Origin: Chlorokybus atmophyticus
Lineage: Eukaryota; Plantae; Mesostigma and Chlorokybus algae
DNA: 50,040 nt
Direction: 5' to 3'
Assembly: GCA_009103225.1 (NCBI GenBank)
Contig: RHPI01003369.1
Span: 1,935,779-1,985,818, forward strand
Shown here: positions 36,480-48,268 of the stretch, piece after piece
Layout of the letters: every line of letters begins with the position of its first letter
Numbering within the stretch: position 1 is the first letter of the stretch
Position numbers and translations under genes: made by a program
The notes under the pieces: generated by a model
Databases searched by the model: none
What the model was told of the DNA's origin: nothing
The model's input: only the letters and a program-made list of their open reading frames with translations

Positions 36480-37420
36480 CAATAGCCAAACCATGCTGTT
36501 CTAATCAATGGCGCAACCAAGGAGGTCGCGACAATCGCGTTCCGCTAGCTTGGGTGCCTGCGTGATGGCGCCGGGACGGAAGCCCATGGCTAACTCGCAT
36601 TCGGTGGCGAGTAGTTCGCGTAGACAATGTAGATGGGCATCCCGATGTTGCCATTGCGGAAGGAGTGGGAGCCAGGAAAAGCCATAAACGTGGGCAAGGC
36701 AGCCATAGGCTGGCCCACCTGGATGCTTTGGTGAAAGCTTGTGTGGTCTGGCTTGGACACTGGTTGCGAGGTGCTGCCGACAGCCAAGATGTCGGCCACA
36801 AGGAGGCTTGAAGGGCGTACGTACAACAACTGGGCAGCAACTAGGTCTTGTGGTTTGGCGAGGTTGGTCCACTTGCTGCGTAAGCGCTGTGCACGGGAGC
36901 CGTGAGCCGATGCGTCAGCGACCACTGGCTCACCGAGGACGGTACAAACGCATTTGTAGTCTGAGCGAACATTGGCGCGATGGTCATCCCTGGAGCATAC
37001 ATTTTCCAGAATGTATGCGGGCGGCCTGGAAGGTTGCTGTTGCTGGAGGGTGCGGATGATGCGAACCAACTCCCAGAGCAGCTGAGACCGTGGGTCTTGA
37101 AGGCCTAGGCCTTTGCCAGCTCGAGAATGCCCTTGACATTCCCATCCAGCAACAATGATGTCGACACCACTTAATGCTTGCAGGTGTTCGCCTGTGACAA
37201 GGTGAATGTCTTGAGGCAATGCTCGTAGACTGCCGGCCGCTGCGCATGGGTCCATGTGCGGGTGGTGTCTGCGCAGCTGTGCCAGGTGGTGGAACACCGC
37301 TGTCTGTGCTTGAGGGCTGCGGTCACAATAAAAATACTTGCTGACTGGTAAGCCGACATTTAAAATGGCTGCCAAGCCGCTGCCGACGCCGCCGAAAACT
37401 TCTAAAACTGTTAGGCCTTG
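36480..37420 (-). pseudogene. E2 C5 cytosine DNA methyltransferase (DNMT3-like catalytic domain), motifs I-VIII in one open frame
   Basis: LTVLEVFGGVGSG (I), VDIIVAGWECQGHSRAG (IV), YILENV (VI), GSRAQRLRSKWTNL (VIII), then after a frameshift ECELAMGF (IX) and DLLGCAID (X). Confidence 0.93.
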
Positions 37421-37753
37421 GTGGCGATGACGTGGTGACAGATGAATGGTGGACAAGTCAAGCGTGCGAAGAGGGTCGTTGGCGTTTGGTGGCAGTGTGA
37501 GCGGCGTGGTTGCCACGCGCAATGCCACTGTATGTGCGTATTGTCGGCGGAAGTTGGGGTTCTGCTTGGCAATTTCGCAAGGACTGCCAGCGGGTGGAGG
37601 ACATATTTTACCACGTGCTTCAATACGTGGGTTACTTGTTGGATGCGCAGCAGTTGCAACTCCTCTTGCGTTAAAATGCACATCGCCCCTTGAGGGCGAG
37701 CGCGCGGACGCCATAACCCGCACGGAAAATCACTATCTACCCTATCTGTCTCC

Positions 37754-37806
37754 TCCCCCCCCCCCCCCCCCCNNNNNNNNNNTCCCCCCCCCCCCCCCCC
37801 CCCCCC
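37754..37806. other. Poly-C tract with assembly gap (N at 37773-37782) in the E2 protease-DNMT linker
   Basis: Direct reading. The true length across the gap is unknown. Confidence 0.95.
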
Positions 37807-37979
37807 TTCCTCCTACAGGCAGTATTGGCCAACGGCTTGAGCGGCAATGGTGACGTCAAGGCGTGCGAAAATCCGCTGCGGGAGCATGTGGGTGATGACG
37901 CTTCGGAGTGGTTGTGTCAGGGACAGGGCTGGCTGTAAGGGGATAATGGTATAACCAGCGGAATGGCAGCGGGGGTGCC

Positions 37980-38330
37980 ATTGCCTTGGCGCCAACGCGG
38001 CCGAAAGATGGCATGCTCGGTCCACGTGTCGACTGCTGCTCCGATGGAGAACAGTGCCTCCTTGCCGATGAGAACATCGAACATCTCCGAGTTGGAGATG
38101 AGACAGAAGACGTGGAGGACGGTGGTTTCTTTCCGGTGATAGCCAGTAAAACGCAGAGGTATGCGTTGGCGTGCTTCACCACGGGTGTGGTCAAACGCGC
38201 CTTAGGCAGTGCGTATCTCGTAAGACGTGCTATTAAGGTCTTGATCGCTGATATCCAAGCGTTCAGCTGCACGTCTGCCCAGGATAACGGGGTGCGCCCC
38301 TGTGTCAAGTAGGACGTGACGTGGAGCCCA
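37980..38330 (-). pseudogene. E2 aspartic protease
   Basis: HVLLDTGAHPVILGRRAAERLDI ... MFDVLIGKEALFSIGAAVDTWTE. Confidence 0.9.
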
Positions 38331-38399
38331 AGGGTGATGGCTGAAGGTGACATGGTGTTGTTAATTTTTGACCATGCCAATGTTGGGCCGATACCGAAG

Positions 38400-41300
38400 C
38401 CTCTTCAGTATGCGAGAAGGCCCGCAAAGGTTTGGTGGGCAAGGGAAGACCGTGTCATCCCAACCGGTGTCAGCAGTAATGTTATCCAGCAATGCAACGG
38501 ATGCAGTTGGAGAGCTACCTGCCCTGCCAGTGGATGGTGGCGAGGGTGGTGCAGGGTTAGAGGTGCTGGGCTGACTGGGATCAAGCGTCTCGGCAGGTGG
38601 AAGGTACCGGGTGGCAGCTTCCAGGGCTAGTTGAAGCGCTTCCGCAGTGATGGCACGCTCCCAGTGGTGCCTGCGACGGTCCCCATACGTGGTGATTGGT
38701 AAGATGGGCAGTAATCTGACATAAACGATCATGAGAGCTGTCTCCGCGTCCGTCAGGGGGTGGGGTACACACTGTCGTGCAGCGTATCTGCTAGTGCCCC
38801 AGTACCCTCGAGAAGCTACGCTTCCACCAATTGACGAAGGTCCTTAGTTTCTTCATCATCCACGTAGTGCTGCGTGGCATGGTGGAGTTGCTGATCATTG
38901 CACTGGTTTTCTCAATGGAACAGCCTTAAACTTGTCAGCGAGGTGTTGCTTGGTGGCGGTAGTTCGCTAGTAGGCTGTCATGGTAGGAGGCAGAGCCTCC
39001 CAGTAATGCACGGCTCGGGTGAGTAAGCGCAGCATCCGGACAGTGACGAGGTCTTCGATCCATGTTTCGGGGCTAACGAACAGCCGAGGGGCTATCGAGT
39101 AACTGCAGTTGGCCAGCCACAGCAGGAGATTCTTGAGGTCGTTGTCGGGGATGCTCCGGCCTAGTGGCGCTAGGTCATTCCAGGGTCCTGCCCGATTAGC
39201 TAGCTGCCCCTGAAGTTTTTGCAGACGGGCGAGCGCACTTCCATGAGAAGCTGGCCGTCTTGCACATACCATACTGGAGTAGTCCTCCAGTATGGTCGTG
39301 GCCTGGAGGAAGGTGGGAGTTGTCGTGAAAGCCTTTTCAGATCGAAACGGTGTGGGCTGGGGTTGCTTGACCCTCGGCCTGGGTACCCCATGCGAGGTGT
39401 GAGCGTATAAAGCAAGGTATCTTGCTGTATGCGTTCCTCCGAGTTGCGGGGAGTAGCGCCTTGGAGCAACTGGGTTTAACGGAACAGCCAGAGTTCACGC
39501 TGAATGCGATGCTCTCGCTGTAACCACGCAGTTGCTGCTACAGCCGGGTCGGCTGTGGCGGTATCGCCGTATTGCTTGCGATGTGCGCCACGGGCTGCCA
39601 ACAGGAGAGCTTCATGGAAATCCTCTTCTTGAGGGGTGACCGGGCCTCCGATGGGCAGGTACGTTATGTTGGTTTGTCGACCGCGTGCGGCATCCACAGT
39701 GTGCACAGGCGTAGCCTGCTGAGGACCTGGTTGACGTGCGGCCTCCGGTGCGAAGCCAGGTTCTGGCATTGCCAACCATGACGCTTCACCCAGGAAACGT
39801 TCGGGTGTACCGTCCTGTAGCTGCGAAAGGCGGTGAAGTCGGATGCAAGCGCGTGATCGGGCGCGCTCGCGTACGTAGCGCGACGGGGTTACAACACCAT
39901 TGTGGACGGCATGCCACAAGTTAGCTTGGTGATACATCTGTTGAGCGTACGCACCGAACTCGGCGGCATTAGTGGGCATGTCACCGACTACCTACTGAAG
40001 AAGCGTGGCGTCTGCAGGTAGAGGGAGGTTGGCGACTGCTGGTGTATGCCGAGGTGGCGATGGTGGGAGCAGCACTTTCGGGTGGTGCGCAACTGCTCGA
40101 GCTTGTGCGTTAGGCTAGGCGTCTTCTTCCAGCAATGGGGTTGTAAAGTCCATGCGTGGTTGAAGAGCCAGGGGCTGACCATCCAAAAGGTCGTAGGCCA
40201 TTGTGCCGCGGTTGGCCAGGGTGATGAGCCATTGTTGCGATGGACCGTGGAGGCGCCCCCGGGGTTCGTGGTTCCTGTGCTGCCAGTCATAGATACCTTC
40301 AAGCACATCTCGGATGATGCGCTCGGCATCCCCAAGAGTGCGTAGCCGTTGCTGCAGGTGTGCAGTGAGTTGGGCGTCGTCGGGGACGAGGTGAACTCGC
40401 TGCGCCATCTCTCGCACCCTGGCGGTGACCAGATACTCCAATCCTGCCAAATCCTCCGCGGGCAAGACGGGATCCAGGACATCTGCCAAGAATGGGTTAC
40501 GCTGGGTGGCCTCTAGGGTTTGAAGTGCCCAGCGCTCCACGTTCTTTGGGGATGGCCATACGCGCGGCCATGGTGCCTCCTGGAGTTCGTATCGCAGCCG
40601 GGCTCAAAACTCTTGCTCCCGTGTTGCAATTGTAGGAACTGGTCCGCCCGTTGCAACCTGGTGATGTTCCAACAGGAGGGTTGCGTAGATCCTCGTAGCG
40701 GTCAACGGCTGCGTCCCACCGTTGTTGCGCGTCACGCTCCTCCTGGGTGAGAGGGAGGTATCTAGTGTTGAGGTGGGGTGGCCGCAGCGGCTAAAGAAAA
40801 GGAGAGGTGCGTGGCCACCTGGTGGCCACGCGCGCCAAAGCCAGACGATGCTGGGCAAGTCGCCGCGACCAGTTCATTTCATCCCTCGTCCACTGTCCAG
40901 CTTCAGTGTAGTCAGCCAAGCTGAGCATCCAATAAAGGGCGCTAGCCAAGGTGAAGGGAGGCACGTGGTTGGGCAGCTGTTCCATGCGGTCGCGTAAGGG
41001 TTGCTCCCCTGTTGTGTCCGTCGGGTTCGGTGGCGCGAGCACCACTTCCTGAATAAGAAGCGTAAGGTGCTCGCTGATCCAAGCCAGCTGTTTCGCCTAC
41101 TCGCTTGGTTCCGGAGGGGTCCTGCAGTAGGCCCGTGCCAACTCTGTGGCGAACGTGAGGGGGCGGGCCAAGTGTTTATCTTCCTGGGGCAATTCCCATG
41201 CTTGTTGTTGCATACGTCCGGAGGGCAACCTGTAGGGTCTGGCAAGCGCTTGCCAGCATGACTGCATGAGTCCCCAGCAGTGAGCGTTGCCTTCCACGCC

Positions 41301-41460
41301 AAACCGGAGCAGATCTGCCAACGTTGGTTGTGCGTGTGCCGCTGGGTCAATAACCGGGGGTGCCTCTATGGGCTCCAACCGCGGACGCCTTGCAGGCGGG
41401 GATCTGGATTTATCACGCTCCGGGGTTGCCCTACGGCCCGAGCGGGTGGTGGTACCCACG
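38400..41460 (-). pseudogene. E2 large uncharacterised coding region between Gag and protease (about 1000 codons)
   Basis: Chain of minus-strand ORFs (41097-41459, 40791-41045, 40115-40540, 39476-39979, 39200-39469, 38967-39272, 38361-38732) that read as one decayed helical protein. Confidence 0.6.
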
Positions 41461-41469
41461 AACCTTCGT

Positions 41470-42948
41470 GACTGCGCGGAGCATGCGATTAGGTTTTCGC
41501 AGTTGAGGAGATCCTCCAGCTCGTCTCAACGGCTGCAAAGGCCCTCAATCTGAGCGAGGAGGTCGTCCTTCTCGCCCTGCAGGTCATGTGCGCCTCTGAT
41601 GACGGAGGCTACCTTAACGGCTTTGCCTTTCTGCTTGATGTTGCTGGCATGGCCGGCTTTCTCCTTCCCCTTGTGGTTGTTGTAATCGGTTTTGTTGGTG
41701 TAGTTGTGGTTGTTGCCGCCAGATGGGGAGAGGCTCCTCTTCAGGGCTTCCCGGAATTCCAAGTGCAACGTGTAACAAACTACCTCGAGGTGTCCCTTCA
41801 TGCCGCAGTGGTTACAGTGAACATCATTGCGTGGCATAGGGCATACTCTCATGATGTGTCCTTCCTTGCCGCACTTGTGGCAAATCAGATGGGGATTGTT
41901 TTCGACGCGCATGGCGGCGTGGGCTGCGCGCGTGTACTTGGGCGGTGCGGTAGTCGGAGCAGGGGTGGTGCTGCTGCTTCGGCGTGCCAGGCCGCTGATT
42001 TTCAAGGCAACCATCTCCTCTTGCCAGTGTACTGCGCTCGTGTAAGCCTGCCACAGCGAGTAGCCGGGGGTGCCGGCCAGGGCAGTCTTCACGTGCCTGC
42101 GGAGGTTTTCTGCGAAATTCTCCATGTACATAATAGCCACATGCTGAACATTGAGCAGTGGCATGCCGCCCAAGGTGGTCTCGTCGACCAGCCTAACAAC
42201 GCGCTCGTAGAATTGAACAGCAGTTTCTCGGGTCCTCCGCCTGAGACGAATGAGCTCCTGGGCCTTCTCTGCGGTGTAAGCAGGGAAGCGATGGTTAAGA
42301 CGTGTTATAAGGTCTTCCTAGGGTGTCAGCGATGGCGCTGTCTCAAACATGTCCTCAACAACCGGTGGTTGACGGGCCGCTGAAGGAGCGGAAGTGTTGA
42401 CTGCTGTGGTCAACGCCAGGGCGTAGGCCGTGCAGGCTGCTTGGCACCTGGTAATGTAGTCTGCTGGGGTCTCACCGTCCAGCATAGTGGGTGCCACGAA
42501 AGGCCTGGTGACGGCAATGGTAGTACCTGATGCGCTGCTCCCGGTGTCGGTGACCTCGGTTGGGGCAAGCATGGTTTCTTGCAGAGGGCGTGCGGCCACT
42601 CTGGGCGCCGCAATTAGCGCGCGAGGGGCGCCCAACCTTTCCGCGGCTGAGATGGTCGGACCAAGGCCAGAGCTGGCATGGAGGAGCCTCATCTTCAAGA
42701 AGGTCGTGTGCGGTGACGGCTTTATGCCACACGGCCGCGGCGACGTCATCTAGGTAATCAGCAGCAAAGCGGAACTTCTGGTGGTCGTTCCAACTGTGGT
42801 TGGCTCGAATCTTCACGGTGAGGACAATGGAGTTCAAATGGTTGATCCATTCCCTCAGAGAGATGGATTACGCTGCTCCAGTAAAGACGAGCTTCCTGTC
42901 GCCACTACTGCTCCCTCCGTGGTTGCGGTTGCCATCTGTGGCAGTCAT
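41470..42948 (-). pseudogene. E2 Gag with two CCHC zinc knuckles
   Basis: WNDHQKFRFAADYLDDVAAAVW; CHKCGKEGHIMRVC; CNHCGMKGHLEVVC; N-rich tail and coiled-coil end. Confidence 0.88.
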
Positions 42949-44178
42949 GTCTTCTTTGCTGTCAGAACTGAGATCGAAGAGGGAGGGGAGATAGTAACTT
43001 GCGGACGTAAGTGGTTTTACGAGGCCTACTTCGTCAGTTGCTGGAGAGGAAGAATCCGGGGTGGCGTCCGCTAGTAATATAGCCGACTCGACCCGCCTCA
43101 AGCTTCCGAATGACCTTGCTCTACGTGCTCCCCAGCTGAGTCCTTGACTCCTGTGAGGCATGCACACCGCACGCAGAGAGCGCAAGCAAGGCAAATGCGA
43201 GTACACACAACGAAAGCGATGACTCGGCGCTATGGATTGAGTTGCAAGTCAACAGCTCCTGGACAAGGATGCTTGGGAAATGCACACAGCTTGTCAAGCA
43301 GTGTATGTGGGTATAAGGTGTTATAGCTAAGTAAGACGTGATGACAAACTGCAAGCACCGAGTGCGCAAAGGCAAGCAAGGACAGTCACAATCGAACAGT
43401 GAGTGAGGTGTGTGCAAGCATTGCGGCAGTGTGAGAGTGATGCAGTGTGCAGGTAGCAGATGCGATGGCCACTAGCATGGGAGCAAGAGTGTACACTTAC
43501 AGGCATACGGGTAAGGCAGGTCCGGCAAGAACACGGTTTGTCAGGATAATAAGTATGCTTAACAACACACAAACAGCTTTTGCTGAATTAACGATGCTAC
43601 GAAGATCTACTTCACTGAGCCTCGGGTGCTCATCGACCCTAAGGTGGGCCACTGGTCAGTCTCGGGCAATGCCACCGCCGCTTCCGCTTCAGTCCGTCTA
43701 TTTGCAACTCAATGCCGACGCTTCCGGCGGGAGTTGCCGGCGGAAGTCTGCTGTCAACGAGGCCCGCCGTCATAGGGACTGCATTCCTATTGGTGGAGGC
43801 CGGTGCTGGCAGTCGGCTGCCACGCGGCCCGTTGACATGACGGGGCCGCACCCTGATTGGCGGTCTGAGGCCTACTGGTTGAATCTGGGTCGGTTGATCC
43901 AGATGTTAGTGAACCAACCCTGATGCGTGGTAGGCTGCGAGAGGGAGATGCGCGTCGAGGGTTATCATCGTGAGAACTTTAATGTGGCGTGTGCTATTAA
44001 ACACGTGCAAGCAAGTATTATATCAAGACAAAGTACTTAAAATACTCAAAAAACGTATATCAAGAAGTGTTTGCACGTCAGCGCACTCAATCCGCAGTAG
44101 CTCCATTAAAATGCCACCAATTTGCTGCAGCTTGCGGACGATATGTCATTCAATGCTTACAATGTTAATAAGCGGCTT

Positions 44179-44200
44179 CACACACACACACACACACACA

Positions 44201-44252
<52 letters not shown>

Positions 44253-44262
44253 CACACACACA
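44179..44262. repeat. Compound (CA)n(CGCA)n(CA)n microsatellite
   Basis: Direct reading. Confidence 0.95.
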
Positions 44263-44349
44263 GTTCGCTTGTACGTTCATGCATAAATGTTGACACTTGG
44301 CAATGTATTTGACAAGATGTAAGTTTTTTCATCGTGACTCGGATATTCG

Positions 44350-44520
44350 AGCATGCTTTGATTCTATCTCGGTGGTCGGGCATACGCCTGCTGTAGCGCT
44401 GCAAAGTCGGCCCGCCAGCAAGTGTTCAATAACACGGAAACGTCTCATAATAGGGCACATTACCCTACATCGTGCATCGATTGGCCTGTCCAGGCAAACA
44501 ACACAGTCTCGTGCAAACTT
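44350..44520 (-). pseudogene. Possible decayed RING-HC finger
   Basis: DCVVCLDRPIDA followed, in a shifted frame, by FPCY* and PDHRDRIK (compare CPxCRxxI). Several ligands are missing. Confidence 0.3.
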
Positions 44521-46190
44521 TCGAAGGCTCATACGAGCCGTCGATGACGGCTGTGCTGAGCGTTGGATCGTTTAGATCGTGTCATGATGACAAAACAGCC
44601 GCGGGCCCTAATCCTGGCGGAGTCTATGCAAAAGTGTGCGACAACAGTCGCAGCTTTGATGCGGCTGGTCTAATCTGCTAACAAATTGTTGCGCGGTTAG
44701 CGCTATACCATTATGATGGGCTGCAGGCTGCGCGCCATGGTCGGCGGCGTTGGGATGGGGGCTGCTAATCTGGACACGATGGATGGCGTCTAGCACAACC
44801 TAAGTAGTCCTCCACCGCCGCCCCTTCAAGAATTTGCAGGCTAGATAGGACTCTGGTACACACAACTGCCGTGTACCAGCAGCGTTGAGTCTCCGACCAC
44901 ATATTAGCACTTACTCAGCAAAGTATCCGAAGTCATGCCGCAATGGGACAACATGCCTGCGTGAATTATGTAAACACTGCTGCGGGAGCAACACGGGAGT
45001 GCGACAGGTCACGCACAGGTCATGCGCACATCAGACGCGCTGTGCGCCTCATCGCTAATTCTGTCCACTCGATCGAAACACAATCGAACGCCCTTGAAGC
45101 CTGCCGTAGAAGCGTGTTGTGCTTGTGATTGTGGCTGCGCAAGCACCATCTTGCCGTACATTGCGCATGTCATACTGCAAGTGCTTGACAAATGCGAAAA
45201 AGGCAGCACGTAATGCTCTGCGTAATGTATGGCTGATCAGCACTGGTACTGCCAGGCTGGCCGGCGAGGACGAATATACATCTGCCGTATTGCGGCTTCC
45301 GTGTCCTGTCCGCTTAAGGGGATTTGCTTGCCAACGCTCTAGGCCCGTGGGCAATATTATTCTCTCAATGCTAAATCTCAATAACAAACAGCAGCGTTTA
45401 CTGATACGCTGCAAGTGCAACTAACCCCAAAGCGCAGCAACATGAAAATGGGCAGTAGCGGCCCCGCCAGGGTGAACCGTATGCTGTAACTGGGTCCTCT
45501 CCGCTTAATGCGTGACGCAGGTGCAAGTAAGCCACGCGCGAGGACAGTTATCGATCGAAGCACGCCGGCCAATTGTTATCACACACATACACATGAGCTG
45601 GCGCATGTCTGTCCGCGCATGTGCACTCAGGCTGGTGCTGCACTGTGCGTTGGCGCTAGCCCCCGAGACACTGGCGCTTGCTGGGCACAGTACTGACGGC
45701 TTTAACAACACGTAAGTATACATGCACATCTGCTTCGGCCAGCTGGCACTCACTGCTAGCACATACACATGGGCAGCTGGCTCATGTCTCCGCCTGTGCA
45801 CTCTTGCAGCTGTTTGTTGGACAGGCACGTGTATGTATGTGCGTGCGCTCTGTGCTTGTTGGCAGTTCTGGTAAAGTTCACACACATACACTGTGCAGCC
45901 GTGGTTCAATTCATGATCAGGCGACCAATCATCAACAGCTATGACGTTCAAGCCCCGGGTCAGTTCTCTCCGTGCTCAAGTCATCAAAGCGACTGGTCCT
46001 TGCCAGAAACCGCGCTTGCGCAAGCCTAGTTATAACGCAACTCAATAACCAGATAGATTGTCTGTTGCTTGTCTGGGGTGCTTCCACACACTTGTGTGTT
46101 ATGTTTGCACCAGCGAGATTGCAGACGATGCAGCCACTCTGAGCGCACTCGCATCCACACGTACACATCAGTAGTCGGTGAACAGCAAGC

Positions 46191-47963
46191 ATGGCGCTGC
46201 TGCAGTTGCTGTTGCCTGCATGGCTGCGCGCCGTGCTGCTTTCGCTTGGCACTGCCGCCACGCTGTTGGTGCTGCTGTCCACCCCGCCCGTTGTGCTCCT
46301 TGGACGCAACTGGCAGCTGGCGAAGACCTGCGCATGCGGCACCCCCGCATTGCAGCACGCCACACACGAGAGCAGCAACTCCGTTCTGCACATGCCGTGG
46401 CAGGGGAGCGATGCCAATAATGACGATGACAACCATGATGATGGTTGGGACCTCAGCCCGGAGACACGAGCCAGGTGATTGCACGCCGCGTTCAGGGGCT
46501 GAACAAAGTCACGAGTCCAACTTTACTGCATTGCGCATCACGATGCATGATGCACGAGCATGCACACAAACATGCACACACACACACATACACCTGCGTG
46601 CGCGCATGCGCACACACGCATGCACAAGCACACGTACACGCACATGCGTACACACGCACACATCAACACACATGCACGATGCAGGCGGGCGAAGTTTCTT
46701 CCCGCATGTGAGCCGAGCGCTCTTCCTGGCACGGGCTGGGGCCTGCGTCGCACTCTGGGCAGCGTGCGCGGGGGGATCAAGTCCACACGCGATGTCGGGC
46801 AAGCGCTCCCAAGGGGATTCACCACAGATTATGTCAAGGTGTGTGTGATTGGTGCGTGCGTGCGCGCGTACGTGCGTGCGTGTGTCCCTACAGTGGTGAG
46901 ACTCATGCGCACGTGCAGGACGGGCCGCCGATGTCGGCTGTGCTCAACAACGTATGCGTGGAGAATGACGGGCGCGAGTGGACATATGTCTTTGTTGGGA
47001 GAGATGAGGTTAGCACGTTGTTGGCTGCAATGCAACACAAACACAACGTGTGGCAACATGTATACCACATGCAGTCGTGGGTGGAGGAGGATCCGGAGAA
47101 GAAGCTTCGCGGGCAGGAATGGGAGTACATGTATGAGAATGCGGGGGCGGTGCCAAAGGTGCGCTTCGTCGCTTCGCACGCGGAGGGCGTGCCTGCGAAC
47201 TCCGTGTGGGTGGCGGGCGTGAGCATGCGGGTGGCCGTGCAAGGTCACAACGCCGGGCACCACATCATGGAAAACATCCTTCATGAGGCGGCCGTCCAGC
47301 TGCCGGAGTTCAGGTTCGTATGATCAGTCAAGCGCTAGTATATGACAATGAAATTGATTGTCGTCAAGTCCTATGAACGAAAACCTATGATTCTGTTGTG
47401 GGCAGGGAGAGGATTGGCAAGATCAACCATTTTGTGGCCGAGGCACGCGTGATGCGGTTTGAGGGACCCAAGTTCACGCTGGCTGCTCACCTCACACGCG
47501 CCGTCATAGAGATAACCCCTGAGGTTGGTGGCCGTGCGTATGCGTGTGCGTGTGTACACGCATACGCATGCGTGCGAACACGCACATGTGCGTGTGCGCG
47601 CGTGCACTGTGTATCTACCACTTTATCATCATCATCACCCAGCTTAACTGCGTGACGTTGTGATCGCTCTACACAGGCAGACCTTCTCACCATCCCCAAG
47701 GGCGGCGGCATGACGTGCTTTGAAACGCTAATAGTGAACCAGATGTGGATGTGGACGATCCCAGAGGCGCAGACCCCGCGCGCTCCGGGCCACAAGTACA
47801 CCCAGGATCAGGTTGACGCCGCGCTCGCACTGTTCCGCGAGGCCACATTCAAGTACCTACAAATGCAACCGCCGCGACTGTCACTGCCTCTACAAGGCGA
47901 GGAAGTACGCGTGAGGTACATGACAACAACACAGCTGCCTTGTAACTAACACCCCAACTCATA

Positions 47964-48019
<56 letters not shown>

Positions 48020-48235
48020 NNNNNNNNNNNNNNNNNNNNNNNNNNNNNNNNNNNNNNNNNNNNNNNNNNNNNNNNNNNNNNNNNNNNNNNNNNNNNNNNN
48101 NNNNNNNNNNNNNNNNNNNNNNNNNNNNNNNNNNNNNNNNNNNNNNNNNNNNNNNNNNNNNNNNNNNNNNNNNNNNNNNNNNNNNNNNNNNNNNNNNNNN
48201 NNNNNNNNNNNNNNNNNNNNNNNNNNNNNNNNNNN

Positions 48236-48268
<33 letters not shown>

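Larger units (their letters stand above)
33494..43975 (-). mobile_element. E2: second DNMT-carrying Ty3/Gypsy-type retroelement with non-homologous termini. Decayed
   Basis: Left end TGTCGTGC, right end CGTGAGA (one change from the E1 end TGACA). 4-bp duplication ACTT at 33490-33493 and 43976-43979, and GC-rich element sequence switches to AT-rich flank at both points. Same domain order as E1. Confidence 0.82.
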
